From positions 124,001-188,000 of the forward strand of contig NIVC01001888.1 in assembly GCA_002269645.1 (NCBI GenBank): a stretch of 64,000 nt of DNA, written 5' to 3'. Shown piece by piece: positions 10,406-21,132 of the stretch (positions within the stretch are counted from its first letter, which is position 1; each line of letters opens with the position of its first letter). The DNA is from Macrostomum lignano (taxonomy: Eukaryota). A program made the position numbers and the translations under genes. Under the pieces are notes generated by a model. That model was not told the DNA's origin and ran no database searches. It saw nothing but the letters and a program-made list of their open reading frames with translations.

Positions 10406-12561
10406 CCCTCCAAAGACTGATGGCACACGCCAGGCGTGCCATGGGTCTCATTTAACCATATACTGAGAATACATGTCTATGGCCTAGATAGTTTAGCATA
10501 AATATGACTTTTCGACATCCCCATAAGTTACGGATGGCATGCTGTGCGTACCATGTTTTTCGCAATTTTTCAACTATATTTCACTGCAAGTACAGGATAG
10601 ATAAGAATTCTTTAAAAACTTTAAAAAAGGACAACAACAGAACTAAGAACAGTTAGGTAAACAATATTTAATGCATCGATGAGGCATTTAGGAGGAGCGT
10701 TTTGAATTTCGTATTCTGAACGTAATAAGTTTTACACCGTACCACCAGTGCAACTACTGTGCTGCTGCAGTGTGCCAATTCTGAAGCACGGGACAGCACA
10801 CAGCCCGGGCTCTCCTGGGCAACCAGCGCATTCGAACACCGTTCTCTTGGCCACACCAAATTATTTTGTAAGTGCAATAAAAGTGCAATATGAATCGATA
10901 TGAAAACTGGCTTAAATACTAAGTTGCAAAAATTGACACCATTGCTGTAGCAGACTCTGCATCGCTTTGTCGGCCTTGCATTGGCATCTGTCGGCGGCAG
11001 CTTCGATGGCGCGTGCTGTGAGACGGCCCTGCGCTTCGATGTATTCAGACGTTTGCCCCGGCCTGTCTGCTCCATGAGAGTGCGGATCGCAGCTATCAAA
11101 AATTCAACGAATTTGATATCGCTTCCTTCTTGGCAGTTGCAGACCCAGGCACTGCGGACCAACTGCAGCAAAACGTGGAACCCGAGCTTCTGGTGCCATC
11201 TGTAGGTCTGTAGGCTCCCCCCACTGTAAGGCTGCAGTGCTGCATCAAGGCGATCAACGCCTCCCATGTTCTTATTGTACTGCAGCACCGAATTCGGCTT
11301 TAAAACTGACTCCTCTGCTCGGCCTTGGATCACTCGCCTCACTTCCGTGATTTCAGCAACACCGTGCGTGACTGACGGGTTGCACGGGCAGCAATTTCAG
11401 CTCATTCGGCACACCTCGATTGGGCCTCACCGTCCCAGTCAGTCAGTAAAGTACTGAGTTCCAGCAGAAACTGCGCCAGACGGAGCGATGTGAAACAGCT
11501 GTCACAGAAGACCTTGTGCCCCAGGTCCAGCAAATTTTTACTCAATTCAAGGACGATCTTCTCGCTCATCGACAAATTCCCGCAGTTTAATCCATCTCCA
11601 AACTTGTCGTTATCCTGCTTAGCAGCATGTACATGAAAGTTCCACAGAAAACATGTCAAAGCTTCTGTGTCCAGCAGTACACCTTGATGCCGAATCTGGC
11701 ACGCTTGTTGGGCATGAACGGCCGGAAAATGAGCCTGCCCTTGTACATGACCAGTTCTTCATCGACAGACACCTCTTGACTTGGGCTGTAATTTGCCTTG
11801 ACTTGGGCTGTAATTTGCTTGGCAAATATCGCGGGCAATGTTAAGAAACGGTCGAATCTTTTTCAAGGAGTCCTTGTTGGTTGACGGTGGTGCAGTCGTA
11901 AAATCGAAGGAATGATAAAATCTGCACAAACCGATCCCTTCCAAGGCAATGTTCTTTCTGCAAGTATTCGCCGCCGTAGAAGTCTCCCGTGGACCAGTAC
12001 ATGTGCATTTCGGGCTTCTTCACAAGACCCATGTACAGAACGATTGCTAGAGACTTCTTCACCTCATTGTCGGTACACGCTCTCCAAGTTGATAGCAAAT
12101 TGGGAAGAGCTCCGTCCTGAGCTTCAGCTGTTGAAGCTCCATGTCAGCTCGGGCGTTGGTCCAGATGCGAATGGCAGACACCAGATCAGCGGTGAGAAAG
12201 TGCTGCAGATAGAATTGCACCTGGGCCATTTTATATGTACCTTCAGGAGCTTGTGCTTGAATGTCCGGGTTCAGGCCAGACACAGCGAGGAATTCTCGTG
12301 GTTAAGCACAGCGAAACGTACCATTCCACAATCCAGTGATTAAGCAGCTGTGTCAGCGGGAAAAAAGTCGCGCTGAAGAGGATCTCAAGGCAACTGCTGC
12401 AAAATGCGGAGGATGGCATCGGAAAATGATGGAGCTACCTCCACCGGTGCATTACTGGCAACATATTCTCCTAGCTTGGTAAATTTCGAAACTGACTATT
12501 CAGCACGGTGGCTCCTTTGTTGCGTTGCGTTGCCTTGTTAGATGCTAGAAGATGCACGATG
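10406..12561 (-). mobile_element. piggyBac transposon, 5'-truncated, pseudogenised transposase (copy 1)
   Basis: TTAA (10402-10405) followed by CCCTCCAAAGACTGATGGCACACGCCAGGCGTGCC terminus. Transposase fragments carry SVDE, FCDSCFTS, NKNMGGVD (DDD triad) and a C-terminal RCRVC. Several frameshifts. Confidence 0.92.
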
Positions 12562-14105
12562 ACTGCTCACAACTGAGCATCAATGCTCACAACTGAGCAT
12601 CACTGCTCACAACTGAGCATCACTGCTCACAACTGAGCATCACTGCTCACAACTGAGCATCAATGCTCACACCTGAGAATCACTGCTCACAACTGAGCAT
12701 CACTGCTCACAACTGAGCATCACTGCTCACAACTGAGAATCACTGCTCACAACTGAGAATCACTGCTCACAACTGAGCATCACTGCTCACAACTGAGCAT
12801 CACTGCTCACAACTAAGCATCACTGCTCACAACTGAGCATCACTGCTCACAACTGAGAATCACTGCTCACACCTGAGAATCACTGCTCACAACTGAGCAT
12901 CACTGCTCACAACTGAGAATCACTGCTCACAACTGAGAATCACTGCTCACAACTGAGCATCACTGATCACAACTGAACATCACTGATCACAACTGAGCAT
13001 CACTGATCACAACTGAGCATCACTGATCACAACTGAGAATCACTGCTCACAACTGAGCATCACTGCTCACAACTGAGAATCACTGCTCACAACTGAGCAT
13101 CACTGCTCACAACTGAGCATCACTGCTCACACCTGAGAATCACTGCTCACACCTGAGAATCACTGCTCACACCTGAGAATCACTGCTCACACCTGAGAAT
13201 CACTGCTCACACCTGAGAATCACTGCTCACAACTAAGCATCACTGCTCACAACTGAGAATCACTGCTCACAACTGAGCATCACTGCTCACAACTGAGAAT
13301 CACTTCTCACAACTGAGAATCACTGCTCACAACTGAGCATCACTGCTCACACCTGAGAATCACTGCTCACAACTGAGCATCACTGCTCACAACTGAGCAT
13401 CACTGCTCACACCTGAGAATCACTGCTCACACCTGAGAATCACTGCTCACAACTGAGAATCACTGCTCACAACTGAGAATCACTGCTCACAACTGAGAAT
13501 CACTGCTCACAACTAAGCATCACTGCTCACAACTGAGAATCACTGCTCACAACTAAGCATCACTGCTCACAACTGAGAATCACTGCTCACAACTAAGCAT
13601 CACTGCTCACAACTAAGCATCACTGCTCACAACTAAGCATCACTGCTCACACCTGAGAATCACTGCTCACAACTAAGCATCACTGCTCACAACTGAGCAT
13701 CACTGCTCACAACTGAGCATCACTGCTCACACCTGAGAATCACTGCTCACACCTGAGCATCACTGCTCACACCTGAGCATCACTGCTCACACCTGAGAAT
13801 CACTGCTCACACCTGAGCATCACTGCTCACACCTGAGAATCACTGCTCACACCTGAGAATCACTGCTCACACCTGAGCATCACTGCTCACAACTGAGCAT
13901 CACTGCTCACACCTGAGAATCACTGCTCACACCTGAGAATCACTGCTCACAACTGAGAATCACTGCTCACACCTGAGAATCACTGCTGACACCTGAGAAT
14001 CACTGCTCACAACTGAGAATCACTGCTCACAACTGAGAATCACTGCTCACAGCTGAGAATCACTGCTCACAACTGAGCATCACTGCTCACACCTGAGCAT
14101 CACTC
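12562..14105. repeat. 20-bp satellite CACTGCTCACA(A/C)CTGAG(A/C)AT, about 77 units
   Basis: Tandem units read directly. Confidence 0.97.
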
Positions 14106-14371
14106 CTTTCAGCAGATAATCTAGGAGTACTACATGCAATTATAAGCAGCACTAACGACTAGGCGTTCTGTTGATTATGTAGGTCAACACAGCTACAAGG
14201 GTTCATGCTTGAATGCAGTGCAAACAAAGGCTATTAAGGTGATTGTCTTACACGCCAACTCATCCTAACTGAGAGCACCAATCCCAGTGACCCAGCCCAA
14301 GTCAAACAGTATTTCGGAGGCAGTTGCAAGTTTTTGTTGCTGTGATCTTTTTAAGTAGGTAAGTCTGGCGC

Positions 14372-14475
14372 TCACGTGCCAGCCCGGCAGTCCAAACAGA
14401 AGGCAGTCGGAGCGGAAAAACGTGCCGATTTCGGCTGCATAAATGCGTCGCCTAAAGCAGCTGGCTGAGATCAAT
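14372..14475 (+). promoter_or_regulatory. Putative proximal promoter of peptide gene copy 2 (shared with copies 1 and 3)
   Basis: CACGTG E-box at about 14373, GCGGAAAAAC, and TATA-like CATAAAT at about 14438-14444, roughly 95 bp upstream of the ATG. Conserved in all three copies. Confidence 0.45.
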
Positions 14476-14536
14476 TAACAGGAAAAGTAGTCACAGACTC
14501 TCAGCTTCATCAGCTCGCACAGCAACAGACTCAACC

Positions 14537-14779
14537 ATGAAGTGGCAACTCGCTCTCGGACTTCTGCTCTGCACGGCCCTGGCCGCCGCCGCTCCCAGCG
14601 CGGAGCAGGCCGAGGACGCCGATGCGATGAACGCGCTGGAGGCCCTGGCCAACCTGGAGGAGTCCGACATGTCCGAGGACGGCGCCCTGCAGCCGGCCGA
14701 GAAGTGGCGCAGGAGGAGGCGCTTCCGCTGGAGGAAGGCCATCCGCGTGGCCGGCAAGGTCGCCAAGGCGGTGCTCTGA
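14537..14779 (+). CDS. Secreted cationic peptide precursor, copy 2 (in palindrome spacer)
   Basis: 243-bp CDS, same 80-aa translation as copies 1 and 3; nucleotide-identical to copy 3. Confidence 0.85.
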   Translation: MKWQLALGLLLCTALAAAAPSAEQAEDADAMNALEALANLEESDMSEDGALQPAEKWRRRRRFRWRKAIRVAGKVAKAVL

Positions 14780-15015
14780 GCTGAGCAGCTGAGCTCGGAG
14801 AACCCCGGCTTTGACTCTGATCTGACTGCCCAAGTGCCCGAATACGCAGCACAAATACACGCTTAAGCTTAACAATTGGAGCTCCTATTTATTCAAAATG
14901 AAGGCATGCCGACCTCTGCATAACCGTTCCGGACTCAACATTCTTTTGTAGCATTGAGGCTAGCTGGGAATGCAAAACAGAAGCATCATGTTTAGGCTTG
15001 ATTAGATATGAATTT

Positions 15016-16395
15016 GATTCTCAGTTGTGAGCAGTGATGCTCAGTTGTGAGCAGTGATTCTCAGTTGTGAGCAGTGATGCTCAGGTGTGAGCAGTGATGC
15101 TTAGTTGTGAGCAGTGATGCTTAGTTGTGAGCAGTGATGCTTAGTTGTGAGCAGTGATGCTCAGTTGTGAGCAGTGATTCTCAGTTGTGAGCAGTGATGC
15201 TCAGGTGTGAGCAGTGATTCTCAGGTGTGAGCAGTGATTCTCAGGTGTGAGCAGTGATTCTCAGTTGTGAGCAGTGATGCTCAGTTGTGAGCAGTGATTC
15301 TCAGTTGTGAGCAGTGATGCTCAGTTGTGAGCAGTGATTCTCAGTTGTGATCAGTGATGCTCAGTTGTGATCAGTGATGCTCAGTTGTGAGCAGTGATTC
15401 TCAGTTGTGAGCAGTGATTCTCAGTTGTGAGCAGTGATGCTCAGGTGTGAGCAGTGATGCTCAGTTGTGAGCAGTGATGCTCAGTTGTGAGCAGTGATTC
15501 TCAGGTGTGAGCAGTGATTCTCAGTTGTGAGCAGTGATGCTTAGTTGTGAGCAGTGATGCTTAGTTGTGAGCAGTGATTCTCAGTTGTGAGCAGTGATGC
15601 TCAGTTGTGAGCAGTGATTCTCAGTTGTGAGCAGTGATGCTCAGTTGTGAGCAGTGATGCTTAGTTGTGAGCAGTGATGCTTAGTTGTGAGCAGTGATGC
15701 TCAGTTGTGAGCAGTGATGCTCAGTTGTGAGCAGTGATGCTCAGGTGTGAGCAGTGATTCTCAGGTGTGAGCAGTGATTCTCAGGTGTGAGCAGTGATGC
15801 TCAGTTGTGAGCAGTGATTCTCAGGTGTGAGCAGTGATGCTCAGTTGTGAGCAGTGATGCTCAGTTGTGAGCAGTGATTCTCAGTTGTGAGCAGTGATGC
15901 TCAGTTGTGAGCAGTGATTCTCAGTTGTGATCAGTGATGCTCAGTTGTGATCAGTGATGCTCAGTTGTGATCAGTGATGCTCAGTTGTGATCAGTGATGC
16001 TCAGTTGTGAGCAGTGATTCTCAGTTGTGAGCAGTGATTCTCAGTTGTGAGCAGTGATGCTCAGGTGTGAGCAGTGATGCTCAGTTGTGAGCAGTGATGC
16101 TTAGTTGTGAGCAGCGATGCTCAGTTGTGAGCAGTGATGCTTAGTTGTGAGCAGTGATGCTCAGTTGTGAGCAGTGATGCTCAGTTGTGAGCAGTGATTC
16201 TCAGTTGTGAGCAGTGATTCTCAGTTGTGAGCAGTGATGCTCAGTTGTGAGCAGTGATGCTCAGTTGTGAGCAGTGATTCTCAGGTGTGAGCATTGATGC
16301 TCAGTTGTGAGCAGTGATGCTCAGTTGTGAGCAGTGATGCTCAGTTGTGAGCAGTGATGCTCAGTTGTGAGCATTGATGCTCAGTTGTGAGCAGT
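15016..16395. repeat. 20-bp satellite in reverse orientation (CTCAG(T/G)TGTGAGCAGTGAT(G/T)), about 69 units
   Basis: Reverse complement of the 12562-14105 array unit. Confidence 0.97.
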
Positions 16396-18551
16396 CATCG
16401 TGCATCTTCTAGCATCTAACAAGGCAACGCAACGCAACAAAGGAGCCACCGTGCTGAATAGTCAGTTTCGAAATTTACCAAGCTAGGAGAATATGTTGCC
16501 AGTAATGCACCGGTGGAGGTAGCTCCATCATTTTCCGATGCCATCCTCCGCATTTTGCAGCAGTTGCCTTGAGATCCTCTTCAGCGCGACTTTTTTCCCG
16601 CTGACACAGCTGCTTAATCACTGGATTGTGGAATGGTACGTTTCGCTGTGCTTAACCACGAGAATTCCTCGCTGTGTCTGGCCTGAACCCGGACATTCAA
16701 GCACAAGCTCCTGAAGGTACATATAAAATGGCCCAGGTGCAATTCTATCTGCAGCACTTTCTCACCGCTGATCTGGTGTCTGCCATTCGCATCTGGACCA
16801 ACGCCCGAGCTGACATGGAGCTTCAACAGCTGAAGCTCAGGACGGAGCTCTTCCCAATTTGCTATCAACTTGGAGAGCGTGTACCGACAATGAGGTGAAG
16901 AAGTCTCTAGCAATCGTTCTGTACATGGGTCTTGTGAAGAAGCCCGAAATGCACATGTACTGGTCCACGGGAGACTTCTACGGCGGCGAATACTTGCAGA
17001 AAGAACATTGCCTTGGAAGGGATCGGTTTGTGCAGATTTTATCATTCCTTCGATTTTACGACTGCACCACCGTCAACCAACAAGGACTCCTTGAAAAAGA
17101 TTCGACCGTTTCTTAACATTGCCCGCGATATTTGCCAAGCAAATTACAGCCCAAGTCAAGGCAAATTACAGCCCAAGTCAAGAGGTGTCTGTCGATGAAG
17201 AACTGGTCATGTACAAGGGCAGGCTCATTTTCCGGCCGTTCATGCCCAACAAGCGTGCCAGATTCGGCATCAAGGTGTACTGCTGGACACAGAAGCTTTG
17301 ACATGTTTTCTGTGGAACTTTCATGTACATGCTGCTAAGCAGGATAACGACAAGTTTGGAGATGGATTAAACTGCGGGAATTTGTCGATGAGCGAGAAGA
17401 TCGTCCTTGAATTGAGTAAAAATTTGCTGGACCTGGGGCACAAGGTCTTCTGTGACAGCTGTTTCACATCGCTCCGTCTGGCGCAGTTTCTGCTGGAACT
17501 CAGTACTTTACTGACTGACTGGGACGGTGAGGCCCAATCGAGGTGTGCCGAATGAGCTGAAATTGCTGCCCGTGCAACCCGTCAGTCACGCACGGTGTTG
17601 CTGAAATCACGGAAGTGAGGCGAGTGATCCAAGGCCGAGCAGAGGAGTCAGTTTTAAAGCCGAATTCGGTGCTGCAGTACAATAAGAACATGGGAGGCGT
17701 TGATCGCCTTGATGCAGCACTGCAGCCTTACAGTGGGGGGAGCCTACAGACCTACAGATGGCACCAGAAGCTCGGGTTCCACGTTTTGCTGCAGTTGGTC
17801 CGCAGTGCCTGGGTCTGCAACTGCCAAGAAGGAAGCGATATCAAATTCGTTGAATTTTTGATAGCTGCGATCCGCACTCTCATGGAGCAGACAGGCCGGG
17901 GCAAACGTCTGAATACATCGAAGCGCAGGGCCGTCTCACAGCACGCGCCATCGAAGCTGCCGCCGACAGATGCCAATGCAAGGCCGACAAAGCGATGCAG
18001 AGTCTGCTACAGCAATGGTGTCAATTTTTGCAACTTAGTATTTAAGCCAGTTTTCATATCGATTCATATTGCACTTTTATTGCACTTACAAAATAATTTG
18101 GTGTGGCCAAGAGAACGGTGTTCGAATGCGCTGGTTGCCCAGGAGAGCCCGGGCTGTGTGCTGTCCCGTGCTTCAGAATTGGCACACTGCAGCAGCACAG
18201 TAGTTGCACTGGTGGTACGGTGTAAAACTTATTACGTTCAGAATACGAAATTCAAAACGCTCCTCCTAAATGCCTCATCGATGCATTAAATATTGTTTAC
18301 CTAACTGTTCTTAGTTCTGTTGTTGTCCTTTTTTAAAGTTTTTAAAGAATTCTTATCTATCCTGTACTTGCAGTGAAATATAGTTGAAAAATTGCGAAAA
18401 ACATGGTACGCACAGCATGCCATCCGTAACTTATGGGGATGTCGAAAAGTCATATTTATGCTAAACTATCTAGGCCATAGACATGTATTCTCAGTATATG
18501 GTTAAATGAGACCCATGGCACGCCTGGCGTGTGCCATCAGTCTTTGGAGGG
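16396..18551 (+). mobile_element. piggyBac transposon, 5'-truncated, pseudogenised transposase (copy 2)
   Basis: Ends ...CAGTCTTTGGAGGG followed by TTAA (18552-18555). Same DDD motifs as copy 1. A 22-bp tandem duplication (17139-17160 / 17161-17182) causes a frameshift shared with copy 1. Confidence 0.92.
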
Positions 18552-18607
18552 TTAAGACTCAGGTAGGGTAAATGCTTAATACTTATTAACGAGTACCGAA
18601 GCTGTGA

Positions 18608-19062
18608 AGAGCAGTGATTCTCAGTTGTGAGCAGTGATTCTCAGTTGTGAGCAGTGATTCTCAGTTGTGAGCAGTGATTCTCAGTTATGAGCAGTGATTC
18701 TCAGGTGTGAGCAGTGATTCTCAGTTGTGAGCAGTGATGCTCAGTTGTGAGCAGTGATTCTCAGTTGTGAGCAGTGATTCTCAGTTATGAGCAGTGATTC
18801 TCAGGTGTGAGCAGTGATTCTCAGTTGTGAGCAGTGATTCTCAGTTATGAGCAGTGATTCTCAGGTGTGAGCAGTGATTCTCAGTTGTGAGCAGTGATGC
18901 TCAGTTGTGAGCAGTGATTCTCAGTTGTGAGCAGTGATTCTCAGTTGTGAGCAGTGATTCTCAGTTGTGAGCAGTGATTCTCACGTGTAAGCAGTGATTC
19001 TCAGTTGTGAGCAGTGATGCTCAGTTGTGAGCAGTTGTGAGCAGTGATTCTCAGTTGAAGAG
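18608..19062. repeat. 20-bp satellite, reverse orientation, about 22 units
   Basis: Tandem units read directly; mirror of the 10195-10350 array but about 300 bp longer. Confidence 0.95.
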
Positions 19063-19808
19063 CAATGCATGATTATCTAGCTGTTGGGGGAAATGATTCT
19101 CAGTTATCAGTCATATTTAATATGGGACTTTGTGGATAACCTTGAAATTCAGACACGGCTTCTCTATACAAATCTTTTATTAAACAAAAGTATAAGGATT
19201 TCACATCAGAAATGCTGAATTCAATCATCAGTAATAATTAAAACGGAACCCCAGAGTCTTGGATGTTGTTACGCCTATGCTTTATCGATCATTTCAATGT
19301 ATTCATCATGGATTCTCCATCGTGAAGCTCAGCTCTCTTCATCGCGAGTTCCTGATGCTCATAAGCTACAAGAGCTATTAAATTGCGCATTTCAATAGAA
19401 TGTGAATTCGATGACTATTCAAATAGGGCCGTGTTTGCAGTAGCAAGACCCCCAGAGTGCAACAGCCGCTCAAACAAACGTAACACTAAACGAAAAAACT
19501 CTAGTGTAAATTTACAGATTAAGTTGCTTGTTCAAGAACCTTATTACTCGTAATTATACAGGAATTCGGTTCTATTTGCCACCAGAAACTTTGTTTCAAA
19601 TGATTGAAAAGAGAGTGTGCGATCTGGGAGAGGTCAGCCCTTGTCACGTGCCAGCCCAGCAGTCCAAACAGAAGGCAGTCGGAGCGGAAAAACGTGCCGA
19701 TTTCGGCTGCATAAATGCGTCCCCTAAAGCAGCTGGCTGAGATCAATTAACAGGAATAGTAGTCACAGACTCTCAGCTTCATCAGCTCGCACAGCAACAA
19801 ACTCAACC

Positions 19809-20051
19809 ATGAAGTGGCAACTCGCTCTCGGACTTCTGCTCTGCACGGCCCTGGCCGCCGCCGCTCCCAGCGCGGAGCAGGCCGAGGACGCCGATGCGAT
19901 GAACGCGCTGGAGGCCCTGGCCAACCTGGAGGAGTCCGACATGTCCGAGGACGGCGCCCTGCAGCCGGCCGAGAAGTGGCGCAGGAGGAGGCGCTTCCGC
20001 TGGAGGAAGGCCATCCGCGTGGCCGGCAAGGTCGCCAAGGCGGTGCTCTGA
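19809..20051 (+). CDS. Secreted cationic peptide precursor, copy 3
   Basis: Identical 80-aa translation to copies 1 and 2. Confidence 0.85.
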   Translation: MKWQLALGLLLCTALAAAAPSAEQAEDADAMNALEALANLEESDMSEDGALQPAEKWRRRRRFRWRKAIRVAGKVAKAVL

Positions 20052-21132
20052 GCTGAGCAGCTGAGCTCGGAGAACCCCGGCTTTGACTCTGATCTGACTG
20101 CCCAAGTGCCCGAATACGCAGCACAAATACACGCTTAAGCTTAACAATTGGAGCTCCTATTTATTCAAAATGAAGGCATGCCGACCTCTGCATGACCGTT
20201 CCGGACTCAACATTCTTTTGTAGCATTGAGGCTAGCTGGGAATGCAAAACAGAAGCATCATGTTTAGGCTTGATTAGATATGAATTTTTTTGGTGATGAT
20301 TCACAAAGACTAAATATAAAGTTTTTACTGGTGGTTCATCAGTGTACTATACAGTTAGATAATTACATCACAAAAGTTGTGCTCGCAGCCTACTACTGCA
20401 CACGGCTCTGTTAGTAGATACAGTTGGCAAAAGCTTGTGCACAATAATGGGAGAGGTGATATTAACAAATGAGTGACGCACATTTCTAATTATTGATATT
20501 AATGATATAGGCATACAAAATTGGCATTAGGGAAGCATGACGCATACATTTATTAATAAATTCAAAAACCTAGCATTCAAGTAAATTTCTATCGTTCTTG
20601 CGACTGAAGCTTAAAATACACGCAGGAGACAACTGCAACACTTTATTAGATAGTAACAGACAAATTTTCGGTTACATTGTCCTGGAATAACACTGGCTGG
20701 AAACTGGAATAATATAAAAGTACGCACAATCAATCAGCTTAAACGTGCATCATTTTAACTAGCAGTAAGTGTTATTAAATGCTTCTATCCGATTTAAAAT
20801 ATGATTGAGCTCTTTCCCGATGAAATCGCTAAGAAGCGTCCCAGTCACTTGCATCGTCCCAAGAGTTTTTGTCTGCGACTTTGAAACGATGCTGGGGCGA
20901 CAGAGTCGCACTTTATAACAGCTACATTTAGTCTATTTGAGTTAGTGAAAAAGTTAAACGCTAACACTTTTAGACGACTTTTTGGCGACTTTTATTACGA
21001 TGCTAAAACTCTATAGTCGCTATAGTCACTAGCGACTTGTTTGCAATGACTCTTTAGCGATTCTCTATCAAAATTAACTACTACCTAGATACAAAAGTAC
21101 ACGATAAACTTTAATTTAACGGACATTCAGGA

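Larger units (their letters stand above)
9023..20234. repeat. Large inverted duplication (palindrome); arms about 9023-14105 and 15016-20234, spacer about 0.9 kb
   Basis: Mirror ORF pairs have identical translations (9206..9448 / 19809..20051; 10668..11342 / 17615..18289; 11841..12098 / 16859..17116). Coordinate sums are 29257 outside and 28957 inside the short satellite. Confidence 0.95.

Noticed and set aside
14195-14206. AAGGGTTCA as the missing 5' terminus of the left piggyBac
   Set aside because: No TTAA and no match to the TIR beyond AGGGTT.
12562-16395. 20-bp repeat arrays as a CRISPR array
   Set aside because: Units are directly adjacent with no unique spacers, there are no cas genes, and the context is eukaryotic.
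20820-21065. Possible MITE with GAAATCGCTAAG...CTTTAGCGATTC ends
   Set aside because: The inverted match is short and imperfect, with no TSD and no second copy in the window.
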